Shown: piece after piece, positions 12,439 to 24,969 of the stretch | Layout: each line of letters begins with the position of its first letter | Numbering within the stretch: the stretch's first letter is position 1 | Source of the DNA: Octopus sinensis | Lineage: Eukaryota | Direction of reading: 5' to 3' | DNA length: 64,000 bases | NCBI RefSeq assembly: GCF_006345805.1 | Contig: NC_042999.1 | Location: 42,346,001 to 42,410,000, forward strand | The notes under the pieces: generated by a model | Databases searched by the model: none | What the model was told of the DNA's origin: nothing | Seen by the model: the letters and a program-made list of their open reading frames with translations, nothing else | Position numbers and translations under genes: made by a program

Positions 12439-13524
12439 TATTTTAGGGACTGACCGTTCGCGACTAGAATGGCCTGACTCGAAATTATATTGTCCTCTTC
12501 TTCCCACGACATGCGAACTTTACCAAATTCACGAATTTCAATACACACAAGCATGGCTGTGTGATAATGAGTTTGCGTCCCAACCACATGATTCCGCGCT
12601 CAGTCCCACTGCGTGGCACCTTGGCCAATTGTCTTCTACTATAGCTTTGTGAGTGGATTTGGTAAACGGAAACTAACAGAAGCCCGTTGTGTGTATGTGT
12701 GTGCGTGCGTACCTGCGTGTGTGTGTGTATGTGTGTGCGTGCGTGCGTATCTGTGTGTGTGTGTGTGTTAATGTGAGTTTAGAGGGATATATTATACGGG
12801 CGGATACCCTGCTAGCTCTCAGTCATGTTCCAGGTTACGGCTAACTGCATCGATTAGTATTTAATGTCTATGATTACTAGGAGTTGCCACTCACGCTGTA
12901 AATTCCGTGATCGCTTCACTGGATGGTAATTTTATCTGGAGTGTATATTTACAATAATTATAACGATAGAGAATATGGAGATGGGCACGTCCTCAAATTT
13001 ATTTCGTTTTATTTTACAGTATGTCATACAGCATATTTTTATGGTTACGACGATCTAGACGTGTTTTCACTGCACAGAAGTTGTAAAGCAACCGGGCATA
13101 ATTTACTGTGCAGCTTCGTTCAGGATCTTTCAACCAGCTTGGCTCGAAGCGAGCTAGTTCTAGCCTAGAGAATGGATTAACAGAACGGGAGGAGACGCGT
13201 AGGATTGAGAGTCGCCGAAGAGGTCATAGGAGTTGTGACGAAAGATTTAGAATAAGAATTAAGAAAATAAGGACATAAAAATAAGAACAATAATAAAGCT
13301 GGAGTTAAGAACGAAGAAATAGAGCATGTGTTTATTTGGCAAAAAAATTCACTTTTCCGAAATATAACAATGTGGCTGTGTTGTAAGAAACTTACTTCCC
13401 AACCACATGGTTCTGTGTTCAATTCCAATGCGTGGCACCTGGGGTAAATGTCTTCTACTATAACCTCTGGCTGACCAAAGCCTTGTGAGTGGATTTGGTA
13501 GACAGAAACTGAAAAGAGCCCGCC

Positions 13525-13589
<65 letters not shown>

Positions 13590-13590
<1 letters not shown>

Positions 13591-13750
13591 GGGAGGGGAG
13601 AATTCACACAAAAAATCAAACAGATGTATTAGTACAACGCTCGGGAAGTGAAAAAGTCTTTAACGTTTCGAGCCTACGCTCTTCCATAGAAAGAAACAAG
13701 GAGAGAAAATAAAGTATGTGTAGTGGCTAGTGTTCTATCATGGCGAATAT
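13590..13750 (-). mobile_element. Penelope-like terminal fragment with hammerhead-like fold (13657-13694)
   Basis: Minus strand TCTTT-CTATGGA-A-GAGC-GTAG-GCTC-GAAAC-GTT-AAAGA; sister copy at 61830-62030(+). The Penelope assignment is inferred from the hammerhead architecture. Confidence 0.55.
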
Positions 13751-13754
13751 ATAT

Positions 13755-13870
<116 letters not shown>

Positions 13871-14585
13871 TTATCTGTGTGTCTTTGTGTCTGTGTTTGT
13901 ACCCAGGTGTTGTAGAAAGTTAATTGACGAAACATTAATTGTAATATATTGGCCCAATTCATTGATTGGAGTCGTACTGCCAATTAAATAATAGATTGCT
14001 ATCATAGCAATTAATTTAAATTAATTGTAACATTGTCAGCGAAAGTTTTTCAAGTGGCCTATACTTCATTCGACGTTCAATTGCCAAATACAGCGTTCTA
14101 TTATTATTTGAGGTATTGTGTGGACGCTTTGTTCTGACAGCTGAGAATGATTCATACATTCTGTCGTACTTAGGAGTTGACTATTGTGTATGTTGTCAAT
14201 TGTTGATGCTTGATTCGCACTGCTGAGAATGATGCACATTCTATCATGCTTGAGAATTGGCTAATGTGTATGTTGTCAAATAACCGGTGCCGAGTGCTGA
14301 CGCTTGGTTAGGACTGCCGAGAATGATTCACACATTCTGTCATGTTTGGGAATTGGCTATTGTGTATGATGTTAAATTATTGCTCTCGTGTGATTCTTGG
14401 TTCTGATTGCCGAGAGTGATTCACACATTCTATATTCAAGTCATTAAATCGTAACTTCGCCTGCAACGCGGTTGTATCTTGAATTCCGCTCTAACATATT
14501 AACTGAATCGGATTTTCATCAGCGGAGTGGTGAAATATCTTCTATTTTAAACTGTGACGAAATATCTTTTATATTAAGCTAAGCC

Positions 14586-16745
14586 ATGCTGCGTGAAAAC
14601 GAGCAGAAAATATTTTAACCATATAGACAGTGAACATGTATGAAAATGCAAGTGTGGAAAAAAATTCCCAGAAAAAAGGATTTAGGTGGATAAATCTTAT
14701 GGATCATGTAAAAACCCAGCATCCACAGTATTCTACTACACAAGCAACTGGACAACCATCTTTATCGGGTTTTCTTTCACCAAGAATTATTTTGTTCAGT
14801 CGTTCGGTCTTAAATGTCTATGGTTGGATTAAGTGGGTATGTTGGTTTAAAACCATTTTCCTTTACTGAAGACCCACTGACTTGTAAGTACACAAACTTA
14901 GGGTTGGGGTATGACAAATATAACCTTAAAGAAATACATGGAGAAGCTTACTCAAGAAGTAGAAAAGAAAATATCTGGTGAACTTCCAAGTAAATTTTCG
15001 TTGGTTATCGACTAAGGGTTCGACCAGTGGCGGGTCGTAGATAAAATTAGTGGCGGTACTGCTGCGGAGAAGTTTTAGCCGTTGTTTTAATATTGTGTAA
15101 AAGGAAACAAACATATAAACAGAAAACTTATACATAAACTTGATCGGTTCACGTTTTAGCCACTGTCGGATAGTGTGTTTAATTTGTTCACTGAACACCG
15201 CCACGAATTCCCCTTATTTTTCAAAAATCCCCCTTAAATAAGGGCGGAAAATCTGCTCTATTTTTCAAATCTTGGCAACAACACTGTAGCTGGAAGCAGG
15301 ATAATAATCTAATTCTATAGTTTATCACATTCAAGACTATAAACACGTTTTTAAGCACAACACACGCGGAGTCAAAAAGAAATACTGCCTTTCACTTGTA
15401 CACTGGAGTCAGTACTGCGTGAACGCCAGTGCTCTCTCTCCCTAGCGTGAAGCTTCCCATCTCGGACATGTGAGCATGCGCACAACAGCCAAACACCGCG
15501 TCGATGGAACTGTGAAGCGCACAGTTCTAAACATGGATTTTTGTATTTTTTTCATAAACTAGGGGATGTCTACTGGCATTAAACTTAAGGATTATATAAT
15601 GTACAAGTATAAAGAAAGAATTAAAGAAAAAAAGGGACTCATTATATTGAATGTTATCGATAATATCGAGTGGAAATAGGGGGTGTTGCAGTTCCGCAGT
15701 GCCTATACACGAGCCGCCACTGGGCTCGACGCATTTCATTGGACTCGTTGCAACTTATTTGTGCAATTATCAAAATGACTATTGTACTGTTTTGTTAGCA
15801 TTTTCGCCAATGGTAAGTGAATCATCATTCACTGCTTCTGATTATTTGGAATTTATTGAGTATTTATTAAGTGTCTATAACAAAAATTTAGGAAATGTTG
15901 TAGCTATTATCGGAAATAATACTGGCGTGAACAAATCTATAGCGATTGGATGTGCCTCTCATAAATTGAATCCAACTGTTTCTGCTTATCTCGAGAAGCA
16001 GGAAGTTCTGCTTGATAAAATTGATATGTTGACGGGCAAGCTAAAATTATTAAAACTTGAAGGTAAACTTCGGGAAAAAAACGCCTTTGCAATCTATACA
16101 AAGAAATATAACCCGTTGGTCCAGTACTTATAACATAATTGAGAGGTACATCCAACTCAAGCCGTTTTTCGACTCTTTTCAAGGCGATCCAAAGCTGGTT
16201 GATTATCTGTTGACTCCACGTGCTCATAATGAACTGCAGAGTCTAAAAGACAATTTAGGAGGGTTATGCTCAGTAACAGCCACCTTGCAAAGAACAGAAA
16301 TGGATTTGGAAAATGCTCGAATTCTTTTTGACGAAATTCTCGCATTGTATCTTTACGAGGGGTTTTAAAAATATTTGCTTCCATAGGGAGTCATAGTGCA
16401 CAGTCCAAATTTTGAAAGTGGAGTTGTGGAAATTTTACAACATGCAGAAGCAGAGCTATTGCGGATAAAGTGGCTGCAGACACGTCACAACAATCTGGTT
16501 TGTCTATAGACGATGATTTTGCTTCAATTTATCTGAAAAATCAAAAAAAAAAAAAAAAAGATAAAATATCAGCTCAGCAATATCTGAACTGTAGATTTTT
16601 GCTAAAAACGTCCAACATCTAGAAACGTTTCTTCAGCTCAGCAGGTTATACTTTTAATGATTTTCGGTAATACTTAACAGCAATGAATTAAGAAATGCAA
16701 TTATTTCCGAAAGTCAATCGCTCTTTTTGGGAATGAAGACCTAGT
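14586..16745 (+). pseudogene. Degenerate hAT transposase (BED finger, DDE core, C-terminal dimerisation region)
   Basis: KCKCG...NLMDHVKTQHP (BED), VYGWIKWV, TLKKYMEKLTQEVEKKISGELPSKFSLVID, GSTHFIGLVATY, IGCASHKLN, TRWSSTY, IVHSPNFESGVVEIL, TSNI*KRFFSSAG; multiple stops and frameshifts; interrupted by a MITE. Confidence 0.85.
15025..15722. mobile_element. Non-autonomous hAT MITE (698 bp) nested in the hAT transposase
   Basis: TIRs CAGTGGCGGGTCGT and CAGTGGCGGCTCGT(rc); 8-bp TSD GGTTCGAC (15017-15024) and GGCTCGAC (15723-15730), one mismatch. Confidence 0.88.
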
Positions 16746-17732
16746 TTCAGAAATTTGCAATCGTTCATGACCTTTTGCTATATTAGAACATTTTAACTGT
16801 GCTACTCGTTTGAAAAGCTCTTTCAATTAAACACCTTCAATTTATTTGTTTTTCAACTACTGAACAATGTAGAGTATGCATGTTGTTTGTTCCCTTTTCT
16901 AAATCCATAAAATTGAACTTTGAACGTTTTCTTATAATAACGTTTTTTGAAGCTAGAAGGCGTACCTTTTATTTTCCTATCATTTTGGCTCTTATCTAAA
17001 TTGAAGTTAACACTCCAAAATATATGGTGTTTTTACGTTCGGCAAAGTAATTGACGATTAATTGCAATAATTGATTGGCCTGTATCCTAATTGAAATTAA
17101 TTGATTGCTAGGAAAATAATTGATTGGAAACATTCCAATCAATTATTTACAGCCCCTGTTTGTACCCCCATCATCGCTTTACAACCAGTGATGTGTTTAT
17201 GTCCCCTTAACTTAACGCTTCGGCAAGAGACCGATAAAATAAGTACTAGGCTTACAAAGAATAAGTCCTGGAGTTGAATTATTCGACAAAAAACACTTCA
17301 AGGTGGTGCTCTAGCATGGTCGTAGTCAAATGGCTAAAACAAATAAAAGAATAAAAGTGTGTGTGTGTCAGCACTTGTGTTGGTGTGTTTACGTCCCCGT
17401 GACATAGCGGTTGGGCAAAAAAGCCCGATAGAATAAGTACCACGCTTTAAAAAATATAGGTAATAGGTACTGGGTTTGCTTAGTTCGACTAAAATTCTTC
17501 AAGGTGGTGCTCCAGTATGGCCGCTGACTAGTGACTGAAACAAGTAAAAGATTAAAGATACACATCAGTCTTCACAACACAGAATTTATTCCATTATTTG
17601 AATTGCCTATAGTCTCGATTCATGCGAACGTTTCAACTGTCTCATAAACCCTCAAGGAAACTCACGCACAATGCTTAAGCCTTGTGAGTGGATTTGGTAG
17701 ACGGAAACTGAAAGAAGCCCGTCGCATATACG

Positions 17733-17763
<31 letters not shown>

Positions 17764-18193
17764 ATGTTTGTGTGTCTGTGTTTGTCCCCCTAGCATTGCT
17801 TGACAACCGATGCTGGTGTGTTTATGTCCCCGTCACTTAGCGGTTCGGCAAAAGAGGCCGATAGAATAAGTACTGGGCTTACAAAGAATAAGTCCCGGGG
17901 TCGAGTTGCTCGACTAAAGGCGGTGCTCCAGCATGGCCACAGTCAAATGACTGAAACAAGTAAAAGAGTAAAAGAGTATACATCTGTGCACATGCATACG
18001 TATACTTACTGAAACATATAGCTGCTGCACACATACTCATGCTCTGATACATACACATACACATACTCATATTCATATATACGTACACTTGTACAAACAC
18101 ACACATGCACAAAAATAAAACGAAATAACGGGTTAAGATGTTTCTATTATGAGGGGAGATAACCCAAAGTTATTTCGAGTTACGTCCCTTTTA

Positions 18194-18251
18194 CAAAATG
18201 GCGTTGTCCTCACGGTGTTGATTTTTCCGAATATAAACATTACATTACGAG
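18194..18251 (+). promoter_or_regulatory. Candidate promoter-proximal non-coding first exon (possibly of CCDC97)
   Basis: YY1-like CAAAATGGCG at 18194 in locally CpG-rich DNA with no recognisable repeat, followed by the donor-like ACGAG|GTAAAA at 18251/18252. The link to CCDC97 is inference only. Confidence 0.25.
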
Positions 18252-21109
18252 GTAAAAATTAATTATTTGTTTATTTACTTGAATACGTTTTGGATTTAAC
18301 TAGTAACAGTTCTAAATAGTTACGTATCTTATATGCTTTAAGGGTTCATCTCTGTGTGTCTATACTATATAATACAACTCGAAACTCTACGAAGCACCTC
18401 TTCATAAACGTTCGAATTACTAGAAATAACAGCCAAATTTCTTTCAATGTACACGTTACCATCATATTTTCTGAAGGAAAATACAGTATTATATTGAATA
18501 ATGTATGTCTGAGATATACTAAATGTGAACAGACGACGTTGTCATAGTTAGAATGCCTTTGAGCATGCCATTTAATCTGTTCGTTCAACGATGACCTGAG
18601 GTTAAACCGCACGACATTTCCAGGGGTGTTTGTGTACAGACGTTGCAGACATCCTATTTTTCATTGAAGTGAATCGTTGTTATTATTATTATGTAATCTG
18701 TATATATGTCAGGAACTACTAACTGGTAAAAGCTATCGTTAATTAGCGTGTTAATTATCAAGTTACTTAAAGACTTCCTTGACTTCCTGAAAAAAAACAA
18801 AGAAACGTAGTTACTGTTTTTATACTTCAAATTTTTCCTAATACCATAAACATGTGCATATACATATGTATATACATACATACGTAGACACACACACACA
18901 TACACACACTCTTGCACGTATTCAGGCCGGGTCTCCGATTTGGGGATACCTTCCTCTTCCGTGCCAGTTTCGGAGGTCCTGTGAAAGATAATGGATACTG
19001 CTTTTCCCTCTGTGTGTGTGTAGGTGCGTAACTTAGCAGTGAGGGTGATGCCCTCAGGATCGTAAGATCGTGTTTCGCAATTCCCCAAAAAAGCCGTGCG
19101 TTGTGTGTTCTTGAGTAAAACACTTTATTTCACGTCAGCTGTTAACACATAAAGCACGACGGGCCACGATCGTGGCCATGAGGTACAGGTCGACAGCCCA
19201 CGATCGGGGCCAGATAGATGCATTTAATTTATGGACGTTTGTTGGGGATCTAATGTCATTCAAACGTTCCGAAACACCCCACCCCTCCACCAGAATGCAA
19301 GAGGACTAAATAGTTCAACTAATGACTTTTCAAATGATGTAAAACTTGCCACTATAATAATAATAATAATAATAATTGTGTACAGTGCTCAGGTGCACTA
19401 CAACTCATCTAAAGTGTATATATAATCAGGTGTAGTTTCGGCGGATTTCGGAAAGCATGAGGGCCTTAAAGGATGCAGTGTCATGGCAGTCAACAAGAAG
19501 AAGATAGTTTAACTATTCTTGTACTAAGAAGATAGTTTAACTATTCTTTGCTTTTTATGTGTGCATGGTAGTCTCATTTTCATAAAATTGTGCTCAAATC
19601 TCAGCGCTTTACGGGTTAATTGGTAACAAACCCAGCTACAGACTGGCATTCCGTACTGGGAGAATGTTAGCCTGCATCTCGCCAGCAGGGTAATACCATT
19701 TGATAGCTACAACAATGCGAGGGGATCAATTTGTTCAACTAAAATCCTTCAAGGTGGTGCTCCAGCATGACCACAGTCAAATGACTGAAAACAAGTAAAA
19801 GAATAAATGTATGTAGGCGCAGGAGTGGCTGTGTGGTAAGTAGCTTGCTAACCAACCACATGGTTCCGGGTTCAGTCCCACTGTGTGGCATCTTGGGCAA
19901 AGTGTCTTCTGCTATAGCCCCGGGCCGACCAATGCCTTGTGAGTGGATTTGGTAGACGGAAACTGAAAGAAGCCTGTCGTATATATGTATATATATATAT
20001 GTATGTGTGTGTTTGTCCCCCTAGCATTGCTTGACAACTGATGCTGGTGTGTTTACGTCTCCGTCACTTAGCGGTTCGGCAAAAGAGACCGATAGAATAA
20101 GTACTGGGCTTACAAAGAATAAGTCCTGGGGTCGATTTGCTCGACTAAAGGCAGTGTTCCAGCATGGCCGCAGTCAAATGACTGAAACAAGTAAAAGAAT
20201 AAATGTATGTGTGCATGTATGGTTGTCATATATCATCAGCATTAGCCAGCATCACCTCTCTCCGCATCACTGTAAGCTGTCCACTACACACTGCCATTGT
20301 CACCTATGCAACCACTTCTATTACCATCAGTAAGAAAGGCCAATTTCCAGATCATCACATGCAAAGTAGATGAAGCTAGTCAGCTGAAGTTAATTATAAT
20401 CATGAAATTGTAGTTGTTGTTGATGCCAGTGGCACATACAAGCATCTGTACTGGTGGCATGTAAAAGGCATACATTATGCTCTTGGAATGGCTAGCACTA
20501 GGAAGGGCATCCAGCTGTAGAAACCATGTCAATTAAGACTGCTACCTGGTGCAGCTCTCTGGCTTAGCAGTTCCAATCAAACCGTTTAATCCATGCCAAC
20601 ATGGAAAGTAGATGCTAAATGATGATGATGAGATTTATATATATACCAGCATTATGACCCGTCTTTGCCGAGTCATAGTGCTAGTGCATGTATATATGTG
20701 TATATATATGTGTACATATTACATGTACATCTATATATATATATATGCATCTACACATAAAATACAAAATTATATCTTGATATCGCTAGTGATAACAATA
20801 CTGAAAATATATAACAGACTGGAATTGTAGGACTATTCCATTTCTGCACGCTAATTTTATTTTTAATTTATTCCCATTCATGTGAAACCACTTATTCAAG
20901 TTCAAATCATTGATGCAATTTTATACCAATTGCTATTTTTACCTCTGTTATGTTTCGATTATATTATACTTTAGTTTTATTTTAATTATTACTTATTACA
21001 TATAATTCAATTGTTATTATTATCTCTAATTTTTATTGTTAAAGTGAAAGTATCTGACATACAATAGAGAAATGTTTTTGTTTCAATTTTAACATGTAAT
21101 ACTGAAATA

Positions 21110-21390
21110 ATGGAGAAGATATGATATTGCTATGTGCTCGCCCTAGGCAAGAAGTTGAACATTTTTTTTTGCCCATGAAACTACATGGACCCTAAGTAAG
21201 GCAGGTGTAAAATTTGAATGAAATTGGTTCTGTAGTTCTCAAGTTTTAGGGAATCGTAGTGGAGAAGATATGATATTGCTATGGGCTCGCCCTAGGCAAG
21301 AAGTTGAACATTTTTTTGTGTAGTTCTCAAGTTTTAGGGAAACACACAGACAGACAGACACACATTCTCAGTTTTATATATATAGAGATA
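21110..21390 (+). mobile_element. Helitron/HINE-like non-autonomous 3' fragment with internal duplication
   Basis: AAATTTGAATGAAATTGGTTCTGTAGTTCTCAAG, an (ACAG)n tract and the terminal GTTTTATATATATAGAGAT; the GGAGAAGATATGATATTGC segment recurs about 150 bp apart. Confidence 0.55.
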
Positions 21391-21606
21391 TATGTGCACA
21401 CACATGTGTACATACATACAAAAATGCATATATACATGGCCTAGTTGTTAGGGTATTGCACTCACACTTGCAAGATGATCATGATTTTAATTCCCTCACC
21501 TGCAATCCATTGTGTTCTTAAGCAAATACTCCATTTCACTTATTCCAGCCTGCTCACCAATAAATGAGTAATATGTATATGTATATATTATGTGTGTGTG
21601 TATGTG

Positions 21607-21698
<92 letters not shown>

Positions 21699-23232
21699 GA
21701 GGTGCAATGGCCCAGTGATTAGGGCAGTGGACTCGTGGTCGGAGGATCACGGTTTCGATTCCCAGACCTGGCTTTGTGTGTATTTATTCAGCGAAAACAC
21801 CTAAAGCTCCACGAGGCTCTGGCAGAGGGTGGTGGCGACCCCTGTCATACTCTTTCGCCCCAACTTTCTCCTTTTCTTCCTGTTTCTTGAGTAACACTGC
21901 GATGGACTGGCATGCCATCCAGCTGGGGGGAACACATATGCCATAGAAACATATTGTGTGTATCTTTGTGTCTGTGTTTGTCACTGCTTAACAACCAGTG
22001 TTAGTGTGTTTACATCCCTGTAACTTAGCAGTTCAGCAAAGTGTCATTCCATTCAGAAGAGTACAACAACGTGAGGATGCTTATTGCGACCAGCAGTGTA
22101 TGACCTCATCTGATAGTTAGTTGATACAGTGATATACTGTATTTTAACGTGTATAAGGAACCCTTTTTTGTCAAAAATTAGGTTTAAAAAAAATGAGTTT
22201 TTTATACATGGATAGTATGATAATCCCTTAAAAAATAAATAAATGCGCCCTTTTTAAAGCCTAGCCAGGCTCATGGGCCCGGTTTCCTGGTTTCTATGGC
22301 TTATGTGTTCCCCAGCTAGATGGGACGTCAGTCCATCACAGCATTACTCATTTTTGCCAGCTGAGTGGACTGGAGCAACGTGAAATGAAATGTTTTGCTC
22401 AAGAACACAATGGGTCGCCCGGTCTAGGAATCGAAACCACAATCTTACGATCATGATGCTGACACCCTAACCACTAAGTCACGCACCTCCACTGATAATC
22501 CCTTACAAAACCTTTTTTTCCAAATTTTAAGCCTAAAAAATTAGGGGGTTCCTTATGCACATTAAAATACAGTATGTGTATATAGGCAGGGTGGGTGGAT
22601 AGGTGGTAAGAAGCTTGCTTCCCAAACATGGTTCCAGGTTCAATCCCACTGCATGGCATCTTGGGCAAGTGTCTTCTACTATAGCCTTGGGCTGACCAAA
22701 GCCTTGTGAGTAGATTAAGTAGACAGAAATTGAAAGAAGCTCATCATGTGTATATGCATCTGTCTGTTTGTCTGTCTGTGTATGTCTCCTCATGTCTGTT
22801 CATCTTCCACCACTACCTGACAACCAGTGTAAGTGTGTTTACATTCTCATAACTTAGCTGTTCAGCAAAAGGCACCAATGGAATAAATACCAGGCTTAAC
22901 AAAAAGTGAGTACTGGGGTCTGTTCAATTGACTAAAAATTCCTCAGGGCAGTGCCCCAGCATGAGCGCAGTCTAATGATTGAAAGAAATAAAAGATAAAA
23001 GATATATATGTCTGTGTGTGTGTGTGTATGTATACTCTTTTACTTGTTTCAGTCAGTTGACTGTGGCGATGCTGGAGCACCGCCTTTAGTCAAGCAAATC
23101 AACCCCAGGACTTATTCTTTGTAAGCCTAGTACTTATTCTATTGGTCTCTTTTGCCGAACCGCTAAGTTACGGGGACATAAACACACCAGCATCGGTTGT
23201 CAAGCGATGTGGTGGGGGGAAGGCAAACACAA

Positions 23233-23265
<33 letters not shown>

Positions 23266-23829
23266 CAATGGGCTTCTTTCATTTTCCGTCTACCAAATCC
23301 ACTCACAAGGCTTTGGTCGGCCCGAGTCTATAGTAGAAGACACTTGCCCAAGGTGCCACACAGGGGGACTGAACCCGGAACCATGTGGTTCATAGGCAAG
23401 CTAATTACCACACAGCCACTCCTACGTATGCATGTATGTAAAAGAGAGGATCCTAATATCTTCAGAGAAATGCCCTAACTGAATATTCATGAACGAAAGG
23501 TAGGTGTAAAGTCCATTCACTGTTCTCAATATTAGCTACGGACACGTAAGAGATGTAATAGAATTTCAGAGTAACAGAGAAAATAGGCTTCATATTTGAC
23601 AGACATACTACAAGCACTTCAGAAATAGATTCTCTTGAATATCTCAATGACTCACTGTAAAAATAGTTGGAGAGTTTTTGTTACATAAGAGATATAATTA
23701 GCAGAGGAGATGCTTGCTCTGAAAATATAGCAACCAGTGTAGAACAGGCTGGAAGAAGTTCAAGGAGTTCCTGCCACTGCTGGCAACCAAGTTTTTTTTT
23801 TTTTTTTTTAAATGATGAACAGATTGTAT

Positions 23830-24120
23830 GACACTTGTGTTAGAACTGCAATGCTACGTGGTAGTGAAACCTGGACCTTGAACAGAGAGGACTTGAGAAA
23901 ACTGAAAAGAAATTAAGGGAGCTTCCTTCATTGGATATGCAATGTTAGGGTGCATAAATAACAGTACAAATGTACTGAGAGAAAAACTGGGCATAAGAGG
24001 AATTGATGTGCAAGAAAAAAGATATGCTGGTCTGGATGGAGACTGCTGTATAAAGATGTAGCTTGTAGTAGGGGGAGATGCAAGAAGACATAACAGGATG
24101 GAATGGTAAGGACTAATATC
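23830..24120 (+). mobile_element. RTE-clade LINE fragment (post-RT region)
   Basis: TCVRTAMLRGSETWTLNREDLRKLKRN; lies tail-to-tail with the minus-strand RTE copy. Confidence 0.75.
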
Positions 24121-24920
24121 AGGCTTGATGGGTCTTCTCAAGCACAGCATATTGCCTAAAGTCTCAGTCACTAATCATTGCCTCTCTGAGACTCAAAGGT
24201 CAAAGATCATGCTTCACCACTTCGTCCCATGTCTTCCTGGGTCTGCCTCTGCCACAGGTTCCCTCCACAGTTAGAAATTGGCACTCCTTTACACAACTGT
24301 CTTCATCCATACACATCACATGACCATACCAGTGCAGTCATCTCTCTTGCATACCATATCTGATTCCTCTTATGCCTAACTTTTTGTCTCAAAATGCTTA
24401 CACTCTGTTGAACATGCACACTACATTGCACATCCAGCGAAGCATTCTGGCTTCATTTCTTTCAAGCTTATGCACGTCCTCGACTGTTACAGCCCATGTT
24501 TCACTGCCATGTAGCATGACTGTGCGCACACAGGCATCATACAATCTGCCTTTCACTCTGAGAGGGAGAGAGTCCTTTGTTGTCAGCAGAAGTAGGAGCT
24601 CTCTGAACTTTGACCAGCCTAATTTTATTCTCACTGCTATGCTCTCGGAGCATCCCCCTCCACCACTAACTTGGTCACCTAGATAATGGAAGCTATCTAC
24701 TACTCAAACTTACCCCACTTTTGGCAGTTGATGGAGTCAATTTTATGCACACTTTCAGCATTTATTGTACCTGTGCATCTTCCACATACAAAAGCTAGTT
24801 TCCCTATTAACCTTCCTCTGATATTAATGCACCTTTTATGTGTCCAGATCTTACACTGGGTGCATCTTACGGAGTTTCTACCTATACCTTTTCTACAGAT
24901 TGAGCAGCGCCATCTACCTG

Positions 24921-24925
<5 letters not shown>
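24120..24925 (-). mobile_element. RTE-clade LINE ORF2 fragment: PHD finger, end of RT, C-terminus
   Basis: CSICRKGIGRNSVRCTQCKIWTHKRC...CGRC, then DSFHYLGDQVSGGGGCSESIAVRIKLGWSKFREL...GRLYDACVRTVMLHGSETW...VEGTCGRGRPRKTW. Confidence 0.88.

Positions 24926-24968
<43 letters not shown>

Positions 24969-24969
<1 letters not shown>

Larger units (their letters stand above)
13904..17158 (+). mobile_element. hAT-superfamily DNA transposon (3255 bp) inserted into a family A SINE
   Basis: Perfect 8-bp TSD TTTGTACC (13896-13903 and 17159-17166); imperfect TIRs CAGGTGTTGTAGA and CAGGGGCTGTAAA(rc); AATTGA(TT) motif clusters at both ends; four ~82-95-bp subterminal repeats at 14140-14440; internal transposase relic. 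The flanks rejoin into a continuous SINE tail. Confidence 0.9.

Noticed and set aside
12923-13345. ORFs and splice-like signals in CpG-containing sequence with no recognisable repeat
   Set aside because: No frame gives a recognisable protein or a consistent acceptor-donor pair.
15651-16368. 160-aa and 103-aa ORFs as a host gene
   Set aside because: They are frameshifted pieces of the hAT transposase; the 15651 start lies inside the nested MITE.
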